64,000 nt of DNA from Raillietiella orientalis (GCA_036172245.1 JAYWIR010000044.1:1612001-1676000), one strand, 5' to 3'; counted from the stretch's first letter, positions 24,618 to 37,908 are shown. The notes: a model not told the origin generated them from the letters alone. Numbers and translations: made by a program.

Positions 24618-26740
24618 CTTTTATAACACCCGGGTGCTCCTGGGCGTTTATTTTTATAATAAAAAATAAACAAGCGTGTGCAGGGCTATTGTCCCTACAG
24701 CGTCCGATCTTGGTTCTTATAAAAATGCTGAACTTGTCGAGTAGCCAGCACGCAAGCCGGCGAGTTCGACTAGACAGCGGAGGGAGAAAGGACAAATAAA
24801 AACAAAAAAAAGAAAACACTATTTACAAAAGTAGGGAGGGTTTGGGGAAGGAATCACGTTCCGCTGGGGTCGTCCTCTACATTCTTTTCAGGATGCCGGC
24901 AATTTCAGTCTGCATATGTTCCAGATGGGACCATCCGGCTGCCGTCCTCAGCAGGCGCAGGGAGGAGCAGATGATGTCCCTATCGTGCGCTCCACCAGTG
25001 GGGGTGCTCCAGGCCGCAACAATCCCTCGTTGGCAGCAGAGGGCAGCAAGGGCTGCGGCAGGCTAAAGGGCGTCGCGCACGAAGAGGCGCTTTAACACGT
25101 CTCTGGGATTGTTCTTGGCTGCTCCTAGGGCCGTTGCGAAAAAAAAACCACAGGGACCGGAGGGCAACACAGTCAAGAAGCAGGTGCAGGAGGGTTTCTC
25201 GTTCCCCGCACCTGGTACAATTTGAGTCCACAGGCCCCCTCGTCCAGTAAGAACGGCGGGCGTTGTTGGGGAGTCCCCAGTGCAACACCAAGAACGCCTA
25301 CTCCTGCCACTTCAGGGGGAGGGCCAGGGTATTCTTCAGCAACGGGGGCCACTCGAGTACATCCAGCGGGATGCTCAGCAGATCGCCCCAGCGCAATAGT
25401 CTCTTCGGTGGGGCACTTGGAGTCCCAGCGTCAGTCAACTGGCCCGTGGTCCAACCACCATGTTTCTTCTCTCTTCTAGAGATGCTACAACGAACCTTCC
25501 ACTTGGCCGATTGGCTACTGCACAGGTGCTCCTCGAGGTGGGACAGAGCCTTGGAAAAAGAGGTCTTCTCAGCTCACGCACTCAAGGCGGGCAGCACGAT
25601 GATGTCCTGCAGGGAGCGGCTCTTGTAAAAGGAGTGCAGAAGTCGCTGCCGCAACTCCGGGCTCGCATCCGCAATCTGGGACCACGTGCAAAGGCTCTCC
25701 TGCAACCAGGAAGTGCCGTTCGCGGGCCGGCAGGAGATCCAGGTGTTAGTCTTGGTCAGCGTGACCACTCGCCGAAGTGCCAGTCCGCAGTGGAAAAGGT
25801 ACTGGCGTTTGCCGCGTGCTAGGAAGGTAGACAGTCCCGCGCAGCCGCTGGATCTCTGAACCAGGTATCGTGCAGGCTCGCACCAGCTGGTGCTCCATAA
25901 CTTCGCCACTAGGGCTAACGTCATGAACTGCAGCTGCAGTTCCAGCCGCTCCAGCGTGTGGCGACCGAGGCGTCGATCGCGATGAGGAGCACACAAGTCT
26001 TTCAACGGGACTCGGGGCTTCCCTCTGCCCCAAATGGCAATCCTCAGAAGGTCCTTTGTCCATTTCTTCACACCGCAGAGTAAGGGGCAAAAAAAAGCAA
26101 GTGGCGAAAAAGGAGGGCCACGAACGTGTTACACACCATGTCCCGTTCCGGCAAGAAAAACTTGCCATCCAGGAACGGGTCGATCCCCTTCTAGGACTTT
26201 TGGAGGCAGCAAGACTACGCTTTCGCAAAGGAATACTTCGTTAACGGCACACCGAGGTACGTGAAGTACCGCACCGTGAGGATTCCCAAGGGGGATCAGT
26301 CTTGCTGCCCTGTACACGATGAAGCAACTGCAACCACGCACGATTTCGATCCGTTCACCTCCAGTCCTGTCCCTCGACTCAGCAGTTCGAAAAAGTTTTC
26401 GACCGCCGATGCTGGGGTAGAAATGGAAACAGCAGCAGAAGATCGCCCGCATACGACACCACGGACGGTGTACCTGGGCACATGCGCGACAGGCGACCAA
26501 GAGTCTCCCTGTACGCCCTGAGCACTACTCGAAGTTGGTGCTGAAGAGCAAGGGGCTTAAGCTATCACCCTGCCGTATCCTGCGGCTCACCGGCACACCA
26601 AACACGTTTCTTCCTCTGAAAGAGACATTGGTCTGCGCGTCGCGCCAGCAAGAGCGCAGACAGGCCATCAAAGAGGACGGGAAGCCCATGCGTTCCAGAA
26701 GATCCAGCAGGAGCTCCTGGTCGACGCAGTCAAATGCTTT
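24618..26740 (-). mobile_element. LINE (C-like), RT to 3' end, decayed
   Basis: KAFDCVDQ, RQGDSLSPLLF, NCTRCGERETLLHLLLDC; terminal motif AATAAACGCCCAGGAGCACCCGGGTG. Confidence 0.88.
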
Positions 26741-26748
26741 TCGAGCGC

Positions 26749-27263
26749 AGGGCGGACGTGTTTTCTCGGTGCTCCTCGGCGGCAATAACGCTCTCTAGGA
26801 GCAAGCGTTCTGTGGTTCAGTGGTTGATCAGGCAGCGAGGCCTGACACGACCACCAGTGAGTGCCAGAAGGCGGCGGCAACGTCGAGCCCAGAGGCGATG
26901 GAGGTGGGGGTATCCGCCCCCACAGAATCGGTCCCCGCTGCAGAGCGGGCGTGGAGCGCCGTCGTGGCGACACCATCGCCTGCAGCTGCAGCGGAATTAT
27001 CTACCTGTGTGGAGGATAGGTATAACCCCTCACTACTCTACAAGGTAGGAGATTTGTACTCTTCTGAGAGCGCGCGCGAATTCTCGAAAGGGATGCGCGC
27101 TCTCAATGATAAAGTGAAGGAGCACAGCGCGATGACCATTCGCAGCGGGGGTAGTACGTGGAGGTGATCTGCCAACAGGCAGATCTGGCCCAGCGTCTGC
27201 TCAAAACCACCGTGGTGATGGAGACACGCAGGCTCCTTCCCATTACGGTGGACCGCAGTATGG
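26749..27263 (+). mobile_element. Family D LINE, 5'UTR and start of ORF1
   Basis: Same 27-nt 5' end as the copy at 10226; YNPSLLYKVG...MTIRSGG. Confidence 0.85.
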
Positions 27264-27290
27264 TGTTCCATACTGCGGTCCACCGTAATG
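27241..27290. repeat. Perfect 23-bp inverted repeat with 4-nt loop at an element junction
   Basis: CATTACGGTGGACCGCAGTATGG-TGTT-CCATACTGCGGTCCACCGTAATG. Confidence 0.95.
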
Positions 27291-27318
27291 CCGGTGTAGT
27301 GTGGGTCCTCGGTGTCCG

Positions 27319-28855
27319 ATGGCAGCGTTGCCAAAGGACACCGCGATGGAGGTAGTCGTGAAGGAGGCGAGTCCTCCCACACCACCTACAGATGTGGGGG
27401 CAACAGCCCCAGGACCGTCTTTGCAGCCTGCAAAGAGTTGGAACTCCAAGGTCGCCGTCCCCAGTGCGAAGGCTTTGGCCGAGGAACCTGCCTATTGGGC
27501 CAGTGGATACAAGCCATCGCTTGTGTACAAGGTAGGCCCTTTGTTTGAAGGCAATACGGCGCGCTCTTTCAGCAGAGCGCTGCAAAATACAAATGTGCGT
27601 AAGGAAGATTCGGAAGGTCTGTCCGTGTTCAGCGGGGTGCTGCGCGTTGAGCTGGTGTGTAAGAGCATCAGCCTGGCCGATCGCCTTATTAATACCTCGA
27701 TGAATATGGACGGCCGTAAGATCTTCCCGGTATCAATGGACCACTCGGTAGTGCTCCACCTGACAGGAATATCTAAGCGCATGACGCGCAGTTTCGTCAA
27801 AGAAGAACTAAGTAAATACGGGGACGTACACGCGCTGGACACGGGAGAAGGGACACGTCCGTCGCGTGTGCCCTAAACGCCCCACCCCGATTCCCTCGGC
27901 CGCCAAACAGGCGCAAGGAAAACGCGCGGGGAAAGAAAAATTGGAGAACCGTAAAACTGGCCGAGAAAAGCTGCCAATAACCCAAGCTCCCAGCGCGGCA
28001 TCGGAGAAAAATCTTCCCGAGACCGCAGAGGGAGATCAGGGCTGGCAGCTAGCCAAAGCCAAAAAAGAGAATAAGGACAAGCAAGTCCCGAAGAAAGGAG
28101 AGAAGGCGGCGGCCGGAACAAAAGCTAAATCCGTGTCGCGCGTAAAAACTCTACGAGAATTCACGGTTACGCTGGAGCGCATTGACGTTCCCGCCGACAC
28201 CACCGCAGGCGATACGGCTTCGATCGATTTTCCCGCCGCGACGATTGCGCGCGAAAACCCACCCCTTGCTTGCGAAGAGGCTCAGCGGGACGACAAAATC
28301 GCCGAAACGGAGGACGCAGCCTTCGAGAAGGCCGCGGAGGAGCTCGCGGCAACGCTTGCCGAACGCGAGAACCCTTCGCGAAAGAAGTTGCGTAGGCCGG
28401 CAGCGGCTAAAATGGCCCCCGCAGGTGAGTCGGACCGGGAGGCCGGAAGTGCATCCTCCTCTGCGGAAGCACCACCAAGGAAAGCGGGGCGAAAATCCCA
28501 GAAACCCCGAATGTGCATTCCGCCTCCGCGCGAGGGGGATCCAATGGAGGAGGAACCAGTGGATGACAGCGTGGGAGCCCAAGTCGGGCATTACCCACGC
28601 GCGGAAGCCGACGAGAAGGCGACTCCAATGGAGGAGGGTAACCAGGGGTCAGCAATGCCCTCTGAAACCGCCGAACCTCAACCACCCGCACCAATGGATG
28701 TGGGCCAACAGGTACGAACAACACCACCTTCGCACGGGCAGCCGGAGACGTCGGCACGTAAGAAGGATGGGGAGTTGGTGGGCAAGACGCCAACCCCGTC
28801 CAGCGACCCGCCCCAAAAGGTGGCGGGAGCACCACCGCCAGGTTCCCAGGAATAA
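27319..28855 (+). pseudogene. LINE ORF1 (RRM-like/Zn-knuckle nucleic-acid-binding protein) with a frameshifting internal deletion near 27840
   Basis: ORFs 27301-27876 and 27866-28855; the knuckle region present in 40068-40500 is missing here. Confidence 0.85.
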
Positions 28856-31800
28856 CACCTGGACTCGCCTGTCGCCGTCGGATCCGCGCGGCCAGTTGGA
28901 ATGTTAACGGGCTGCGCGACGACGGAAACAGACGAGATACAGCCGCCACCTTGCGAGATTTCGACCTGGTGCTTTTGCAGGAGATCCACGTGATCACCGC
29001 AAAAGACGCTCAGGAGATCGAAACGATCGCGGGAGGGCGGTTGTACTGGCGATGCGGCGCCCGCAACACTGGTGGGGTCGCGTTCTTCCTAAAGCCAGCC
29101 ATTAACGCGGCCATGAAGGACGTGCGCTTTGGAGACGACGGACGGATCGGCCAACTGATTCTCAGATGGTCCGATTCGATCGACCTCATCGTCACCAATG
29201 TGTACGCTCCTAGCGGTAAACAGGGATACCAGCAGCGCAACGCGTTACTGGAAACCTTGAAGCGTGAATGGCTGGTGGACGCGGACGTGCGAAAGGCGCA
29301 TCTGATAGCAGGGGATTTCAACGTCCGTCTGCTCTCAGATCAGCCCGGAGCACAGGGGAACGCGATCAACGAGTTGTGCGCCGCCATGCGCGCGCGCAAC
29401 TTGTTGACAGGAATAAGCGGGATGGTCAACAGCGTGGACCACGTCTTCCTCGACGAAGGCCTGTGCACACGGGTCGGAAAACGAGGGACACTTGGATCGA
29501 CGCTTTCGGACCATTCCCGGTTATTATTCGAGATGCGCCCGCGCGACAAGGGACCGCCATCTAGGGATTGGCGCATGCCAGGGGACTGGACGCGCCTGTC
29601 AGGAGCGAAAGAACATCTTCGCGAATTCCTGCGAGGCGTCACCCTCCAGAGTCTCGCGGATTGGGACCTATTTAAGGACTCGGTGAGGGAGTTCTGCGAA
29701 CAGTTTCCAGTGCAACGTCTGCCCCGGGGATTCGGCGAAGAGGCTCGCAACGAACGCGCGTATTTGCACGCGCGTCGTCACGAGAGGAACCCCAATGTCC
29801 GTCGCCTGGCCGAATACCGCGCTAAAGCCGAGCGACAAGCCTGGCAATCCGGGTCAGCCAGCATGCTGGATGACCTGGGCCGGGAACGTTGGTCCCCGTT
29901 TGCGGTACGGAATCTCGTGCGGTGTTTTTATTCCTCCCTTTACGCCAAAACTCCACCCGAACAAGACGCCTCGCGGCGATTGCTCATGAGTGGTTCCGTG
30001 GCGATAGGGGAGGAGGAGAGAGAAAGCCTCGATGAGCCTTTCACGACCGGTGAAATTCTCGCCGGTATCAAAAGGCTCAAGAGGCGTAAGGCGCCAGGGG
30101 AGGACGGCTTGCCCGCGGAGTTCTTTCAGAGTTTCGCGGAAGAGCTGGCCCCCCTGGTGCTCGAGTTGACAAGGCGAATCCGAGACGAAGGCGATGTTCC
30201 CGCCTCGTTTCGGTCAGCCAGGGTGAGGCTCCTCCCGAAGGGAGGAGACCTCAGGAAACTTTGCAACTGGCGTCCGATCACGATTGTGAACACGGACGCC
30301 AAGTTGATTGTCGGGATGTGGGCGTCGCGATTGGGGCAGGTGTCCAATTCCATAATTAGCCCGGAGCAGACATACGCTGTTTCCGGGCGAAGTATGGAGG
30401 ACAACCTCTTCTTCGCGAGCACATGGATGCACGCGCAGCGGAGTAATAAAGAAGGGAAAGGGAAAATTTGTAACCCTACTTTGGGGCCGCCAGTGGGACA
30501 GGGTAGGGACCCTCATGCGGGAAAGGGGGCCTTAGCGATCGCAGTCGACCTCCATAAGGCATTCGACTGTGTTGACCAGGAACTCCTCTTGGAGCTCCTG
30601 GGTCGCATGGGCTTCCCACCCTCCTTGATTTCTTACCTGCGCTCTTGCTGGCGGAACGCAATAATCTCCATTACTTTCAGTGGAAAAAACGTGTATGGCG
30701 TGCCGGTGCGGCGGAGCATAAGGCAGGGCGACAGACTCAGCCCCCTGCTTTTTAGCACCTACGCTGAGTTGGTGCTGAGAGCGTACAGGGTGACTTTGGC
30801 CCCCTTGCCGAGCTCGTGCCCCGGCACGTCAGCCGTAGCGGCGTATGCGGACGATCTTCTGCTCCTCTTACCTATGTCCACCCCGGCGAAGGCGGTCGGA
30901 GATTTCTTCGACCTGCTTAGCCGTGGGGCCGGATTACAGGTTAACAGGGCGAAGTCGTCAGTGTTGCCAGTTGGAGCGACGTGGGCAGGGCAGCAGGACT
31001 GGGTCCTTCTGGGGATCCCCACGGTGAGGTGCATCAAGTACCTCGGTGTGCCGTTGGGGGACTTCTCCCCTGCGGAAGCGTGGTCCAGCTGCCTCCAAAA
31101 AGTCGAGACGCCGATCGGCCCGTTCCTGGAAGGCAAGTTTCACTTGTCGGAACGGGCCGCGGTTTCGAACGCCTTCGCGGCCCCCATACTCCGCCCCTTG
31201 CTTTTTGTTTGCCCCGCCCCCGTGGAATCTAAAAAGCGGACGAAGGACCTCCTCCGTATAGCTCTTTGGGGCAAGGGGAGGCGCCGAGTCCCTTTGAAGG
31301 ACTTGTGCGCTCCGCGTCGGGACGGCGGTCTCAGTATCCTGACGCTGGAGCGCGTAGAAATCCAGCTGCGATGGCGGACCCTCGCCATCGCAGCGAAGAT
31401 GTGGAGCACCGCTTGGTGCATTCCGGCCCGTCTCCTGGCCAGGCGTGTGTCCCGCTGCGAAGGACTCGCATCGTTTCTTCTGTGCCCTGGCCGGAAGATT
31501 CGAAGATGAGGTCTACTGCTCGGCCGCATGGCAACCCTGGCAAAGGAGAACGACTGGATGGTTTGTGGCCCTGCCAACTCCTAAGCTTGGCTGGAAGAGA
31601 CTGCTGGCACCTGGTCCAAGCTGAACCAGAGGTGCCAAGACCAGATGAACTGCCTGCGAGTCGGCTTTTACGCCCGCCGCACTCTCCGTAAAATACTTGA
31701 ATTTCCACCGAGTTGCACGTGGGCGGAAGGCACACCCCTTGTTACGGCGATGCCCTTCCTCCAAAGGGCGCTTCACGAAAGCCGGAAGCCAAGGTGGCAA

Positions 31801-32445
31801 GTCTGCTGCCGTATCGCAGGCAGAGAGAAGACGATGAGCGGCTGGACCATGGGAGAGTTGACAGATGCAACGACCCCTAGTATCCAGCCGCGTGGATTAA
31901 GAAGATGGGGCGAGCTGCTCGGCATTCGATTGGATGACCTGAAGTGGCCCCCGGTTCTACTTGGATCCAGGATTCTTCCCCTGAAGTGGCAAGAATCGGC
32001 GCTTCTGTGGCTGCATTGGGGTCTACCCTGCAACGCGCGCCGCTTCCACTGGACGCGGGGAAGAGTGAATCCTGCGTGTGCTAGGTGTGGGGAGCGGGAG
32101 TCGCTCCCCCACCTCTTAGTTGAATGCCCTGCCGTCCGGATTCTTTGGGAACGTCTTCAAACGGCACTTGGGATACCGGATGCTGTCAACGGTGGATGTA
32201 TTTTCAGTCTTGTCTTCGTGCGGGACGCCCTCAGTCCAGCTGCAGCCCTGGCAGCACTTTGCTGCATTCGTGGTATAGTGGCGGCCTGGAGTGATGCCGA
32301 AGATGAAGACTGCATCGTGAGGGATGTCATCGAGTATGCTTCTCGCTTCCTGCAGAGAGCTACCCGATGGACCCATCTAGGAAGGATGAAAAAGGAACTA
32401 GAAGGCATCCTGCAAAGGATGGGCCCTTCCAGCAGTTTTCTGTGA
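28855..32445 (+). pseudogene. LINE ORF2 (APE endonuclease, reverse transcriptase, CCHC), single frame with two stops (31507-31509, 31582-31584)
   Basis: WNVNGL, LQEIH, NVYAP, GDFN, SDH, KAPGEDG, WRPIT, DLHKAFD, RQGD, YADD, KYLG, CARCGERESLPHLLVEC. Confidence 0.95.
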
Positions 32446-32670
32446 TCCCTTCCCGGCCCTCCAAACTTTTTTTTGTGGTTTGTTTTTCTCTTTAATTTCA
32501 TTTTTGTGTTCTCCCCCATCTCCCTCTACTGCTGAGGAGAGCCACACCGAGCTGCGTCCCGGTGTCCCGGCAGTTCCGGTATTGCGTGGCCGTCAGTAGG
32601 GCCTTGTACCTCGTTCTGTATTGATCGTTGAAATGTTTTTAATAAACGTCCCGGCGTATCCGGGTGGCAT

Positions 32671-35600
32671 CGCCCGCTCCCCGACGAATCAGGTCGAAGA
32701 AATCCTCGACACTGGACGCCGGGGTGGACATGGGGAGCAGAAGAAGCAGGTCATCAGCGTAGGCGGCCACGGCAGGCGTTCCCGGGAAGGAGCTTGGCAA
32801 GTGAGACAGCGTCAGCCTGTATGCACTTAGCACCAACTCAAAGAAGATGCTGAAGAGCAACGGGATTAAGCTGTCGCCCTGTCGGTTGCCCCTACGAACG
32901 AGAATACCATACACGCGGCAGCCCGTAAAAGTGATGCAGGTTAGCGCGTGGCGCCAGCACGCGCGCAAATACAGCAGGAGTTGCGCCGGGAACCCAAGGC
33001 GTTTCATAAGCTCCAAAAGCAGCTTCTGGTTTACGCAGTCGAACGCCTTGTGGAGATCGACCGCGACCGCCAAGGCACCTGGCGTTCCCTCCTGCCGTTG
33101 GCGCCTGTTCTTTTTGCCTGCGGCAGTGACTTTCGCAGCAGCCTGGCTTTGCTGCGCCACAACTTCCTGCAGCTGCATCCATGTACGAGCGAAAAGGATG
33201 TTCGCCTCCATGGATCGTCCCCGAACCGCGTCGGTTTGTTCCGGGCTCACCACAGATTCCGCGATACTTCCTAATTGCGCGACCCACAGCTTGAAAAACA
33301 ACTTGACGTCCGAGTTCACCAAGGTGATCGGACGCCAGTGGTTAAGTTGGCGCAAGTCTCCGCCTTTCGGCAGGAGACGCACCTCCGCTGAGCGGAAGGA
33401 ATCCGGGACATTCCCGGATTCACTCATCAGCGTCGCGAGTTTCAGCATCAAGGGAATGAGCTCCACTGCAAAGCACTGATAAAACTCTGCAGGGAGCCCA
33501 TCCTCGCCTGGCGTCTTTCGTCTCTTCAGCCCAGCGAAAGCGGACGAAAATTCATCCGCCGTGAAGGGCTCGTGGAGACGTTCGCGTTCCTCCTCGCCGA
33601 CAACACGAGCATCCTGAGACAGGAGTATCTCAGAAAGAATATCCTCCGTCTGGGATTCCGCGTAGAGCGAGGAGTAGTAGCGTCTCACAATGCGGCATAC
33701 TTCGGCTGGGGCCGAACATTCCTGGCCCTTGTCGTCCAACAGGCATGCTGCTTTGGACTGCCAGACCAGGCGCTCGGCCCTCGCCTTGTACTCTGCGAGA
33801 CGCTCGACATCCGCGCGTCTCGAAAACGTGCGGGCCTGCAGAAAGTCTCTACTGTTGGCCACGCCCTCTCCGAAACCGCATGGAAGCCGGTGCAAAGGGA
33901 ATTGGCAACAGAACTCGCGGACAGATCTTTTGAGATCGTCCCAGTCCGAAAGTTCTTGAATGGCAAAGCCTCGGAGGTATCCACGTAGATGCTCCGCAGC
34001 CTTCGGTTGGCTAAGCCAATCCGCCTGCATCCTCCAGCTTTGCAACGGAGGCCCCCTGCCTGGCGGAAGGATCTCAAACTCCAACCTGTTGTGGTCAGAA
34101 AGCTCAGTCAAAAATGTTCCTCTCCTACCCACACGCGAATGCAGGTTTTCATCGAGGAAAACGTAATCGAGCGATCTTTCCATTCCAGGTTCGCTGACCA
34201 TCAAGTTGGCGGCGTGCACGGACGCGCACATCTCGATGGGCAGCGCGCGCTCCCTCGGGCGGCTCCAATCGTCGGAGAGCAGGCGGACGTTGAAGTCCCC
34301 AGCAACGAGGTGCGCCACTTGGAAGCCGGAGTTGTTGAGCCAGTGGCTCTGCACCTCACCAAAGAAACCTACTCTTTCTTCGAGGTAGCGAGAACCACTC
34401 GGCGCGTAGACGTTCGTAACGACGAGATCGATGGACTCGGACCACTTGATGACAAGCTGGCCTATCCGACCGTGGTCATCGAAACGAACACTACGCACCG
34501 CTTCCGCCATTTTTCCTCTTACGAGGAACGCGACGCCGCACGTGTGTGCGCCGCCGCACCGCCAATGTAGCGTTCCGCCTGCGCGCTCCGCGATTTCGGC
34601 TGCCTGCTCGTCGGAGATTATGTGTATCTCCTGCAGGAGCGCGAGGTCGAAGGGGCGCAGGGCGTTGGCTACTAATCGCCTCTTCTCGTCGTTCTGCAGT
34701 CCGTTCACGTTCTAACACGTTACGGACAGACGACGAGAAGACGCGATTTCCCGCATTACTGCCGGGAAGCTGGCAGCTTTTTGCTTGCTTTATCCGGCGA
34801 GCAGACGGCGAGCCGCACGACTGGCTGGAGGGGACGGTCGCCACCGTCCTCCGTCGTGCTGCATGCATGTAATGCCTCCACGCCAGGCTTAACCTCGTCG
34901 GGTTTCGTGGCGACTCCGCGTTGCTTCGCGGCGAGCGTTGCCTGGCTGCCTACTTTCGATCGGCGCGCACACGCTTTTGAACGAGTTGTCCTCGTCTCGG
35001 TGATCGGAACGGCATCCATTTCGGAGTCCGACCGGCGCATGTTCGATCGGGTTTCGGCCTTCCGCGAAGCAGTGACAGGTTCCGCTGGATTGACAGCTGT
35101 CCTGTTGTCGTTTTCCGTCACCAGAGCATTGTTTTGGTGACGGCTGCTTTCCCGGCGCGCGCGTTTTCAGCGTGCTCACGCGCAGTTGCACGAGGGACCT
35201 TTGCTGAAGTCTTCTTCACTTCATTACGATTCCTCACTTCGCGTGGCGCCGTAAATGGAGATTGTGCTCCATTGCCATCTTTGAAGCTATCCGCGTCTTT
35301 GGACCGGAGCACTTTCGATGGCTCCGACACGGTCGTCATGGACGCTGCCTTCGGAAGGGCTTTTAATGCCTTCGTTGGCATGGTATCCGCGCCAGTCGAG
35401 AGCTTGCTCTTCGACTGCGACGGAGGGAGATTTTTCTCCGCTTTCGCGGTGTTGGATCGCGACGCGGATTTTTTTTTGCCGACTTCGAAGTCGACACGGC
35501 ACAACCCTTCTTACCCGATTTGGGCTTCTCAGCCACTGCAGTAGGTGAAGGAATGGATCTGACGGTACTGGAAGTGCCCTTATCGCCGTTGTCCATTGGC

Positions 35601-36755
35601 GTCTCCGCCGGTTGCTCGAACTCCGAGAGAGCCGGGCGTGCTTGGGAAGGACAGTTATTGCGCCTAGGGGGACTTATTATTGCCCCGGATTCCCCGCACC
35701 CTTTCTTTTGCGGCTTCCCTGCCGCGAGAGGGGGCGCGCAGGGCTTCGCGTGCGAGGTTCCCTGCTGCTTTGGGGCGACATTACGACTCGCGTTTTTACC
35801 GTATTTCTGCCATGAGGTCTCCATGTGTTTCGCAGATTTTTTGTTTTTATCCGCGCTTTGTTTTTTAGGATGGAACTCCGCAGCTGCCTTTTTTCGCAAA
35901 AGATCCGGGCAATTTTTCAATTGGTGCCCGGTAAGCTTGCAATAACGGCATTTTCCGGAGGGGCATTTATCCAAAAAATGCACCTCCTTCCCGCATTGCT
36001 CGCACGTTCTTACTTTGTCCACGAACCACAGGTGAACGACCGTGTCTTTCACCTGTAGTTTGGTGGGCAGCAGACGGCGGTCCGGCATTGTAAGCCGGAC
36101 TTCAGCGACTCCGCTGTGTATGGACGGGAAGTCCTTGAGGTTGCTACGCACCCTCCACAGCGCATGGACCGTGGCGAATTTCGCGAACGCGTTCCGAATA
36201 TCAGTATCGGAGATTTCCGACTCGATGTCGAAAATCTCCACCACAAATAAGTCGTCCATGGCGGCCGGGAAGACCTTCTGGCCACGGATCTACAACGGGG
36301 TGCGCAGCAAGCGTTGCACAAGTGCAGCGTCTTTGCAACGCACCTTGAAATAGCCCATGTCTTTTACGGGCATAATGGCGAGAAGGTCCTCCTCCCGCAC
36401 GCCAACACGGGTCAGCTCATCGTTGAACTGATTCCCGTCGCGCGCAGAAAGAAAACCACTCACCTTATATCGGAGAGCAGGTCTATAGCCTTCAGCTACG
36501 TATGCCCGAAACTCCGACTCGTCGAGTGGCTTCCCTTTGACGGCTGCTGTGGCAGCAACGTCAGCAAAACTCCTCTCCATTGGCTAGAAAGACGAAGTGG
36601 AGGCGGCCGACGGTTCCGCGATTGCAGATCCGGATGCTGTTCCTCCAACTTCAGTACCTTCAAGTTGGGTCGACATCGTCGTCAAAATGTACGACGCCAA
36701 GATGAAGCGGATGAAAGCACGGAGACGAGAGCGAAGAAAAACACGTCCGCACTCG
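32671..36755 (-). mobile_element. Family B LINE, intact 5' end to RT YADD region, cut off at 32671
   Basis: ORF1 36676-34756 (CEQCGKEVHFLDKC, CRYCKLTGHQLKNC); ORF 32639-34708 is APE plus RT; close copy of 41942-45870. Confidence 0.93.
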
Positions 36756-36763
36756 GTTGAAAT

Positions 36764-37908
36764 TTATCAGCCGGTCACGCCGGGGCGTTTATTAATACTG
36801 ATAAACTGGTCAGGGACAATGTCCTTAACCAACAGAACGACAGAGAACATAGAAAAATTACCGGCACGCAGGCCTGGTAAACAAACCGCTCGCAGCGTGG
36901 GAGGAATGAGGGGAAACAAACAAAAATCAAAAACTGGAGAGAAGGGTAACGGGTTTTTGGTTAGGCTCCGTACTCACGGGGATTTAAACGATGAGCACTT
37001 AAAATGTTCCGGAGCCTATGGGGACGCGGGTGTAACAAGAAAATACAAAAATAGTTTATGGAGGGTAGGGCAATGATCACCGGGTTGGCCGCTGCTGAGC
37101 GTGTGTAAACCGGCTGCGTATTGCGGCGAGATACCTCTTTGTCTCCTCTGTCAAATGAGGCCATCTAGCGGATGCTTCCATGGAGAAGGATGCTTTGTTG
37201 ATTACCTGTTGGTGCTGTCCGTTGATTACCAACGCCTGGCGGACGGAAACTATAGCGCGTATGCAACCGATGGTTGCAATCCTTGCGCTTAGTGAAAGCC
37301 CGCTCGGCGTGAAGAATCGTCGCAGCAAGTCTCTTGCGTTGTCCACGGGATGCAATAGTTCTGTTGCCAGCCTACGCCACAGTCCTTGTAGGACACCGCA
37401 GTCCAGAAGTAGGTGCGGAATCGACTCCGTCGATCCGCACCGAACGCAGTTCGCAGACGCAAGTCCCCCGGAGTCACGATGCCAACGCTCGTTGTACTGA
37501 AAGCCCCAGTGAACGAAAAGCAGCATGGCATGTTTCCAAGCAAGGGGGAGCAGGGAACTCTCCATACACTATGGAGGGACTACAAGCTCTTCGGGGGTGA
37601 CAGCAAGTTCTTCTGCCCACCGGAGGAGTCCCTTTGCAGTAACACGAGGAGTGGCGGCGTCCGCCAACTCACTTGTCTTATAGGTGCCAAGGAGTTTGGT
37701 TTTTCCCGCTATCGTGCAGGAAACCTCCCACCTCGCCGGTTGGTAACTGTCGTTTCTTGCCCTGAGGGCAGACAGCGCTGCGGCAAGAGGCGTGGCAGCC
37801 AGGGTAAAAAACTTCACCTCGTCCTGCAGTACTTCTTCCAAGGATCGTGGAAAAAATTGGCGCAGGGGGCGAACATCTTCAGGGCGTATTCCTTTTAACG
37901 CCGCCCTC
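36764..37908 (-). mobile_element. 5'-truncated family B LINE with 12-bp TSD
   Basis: Matches ~46550-47692; CTCGGTTGAAAT flanks it at 36752-36763 and 37909-37920. Confidence 0.93.

Larger units (their letters stand above)
27291..32670 (+). mobile_element. Near full-length A-related LINE (best-preserved copy)
   Basis: ORF1 27319-28855, ORF2 28855-32445, 3'UTR with TGATCCCTTCCC and terminal hairpin at 32641-32670. Confidence 0.95.

Noticed and set aside
28855..32445. RT as a group II intron, retron, DGR or LTR element
   Set aside because: The APE-RT-CCHC order, Zn-knuckle ORF1, 5' truncations and variable TSDs are diagnostic of non-LTR LINEs; no LTRs, protease or integrase are visible.
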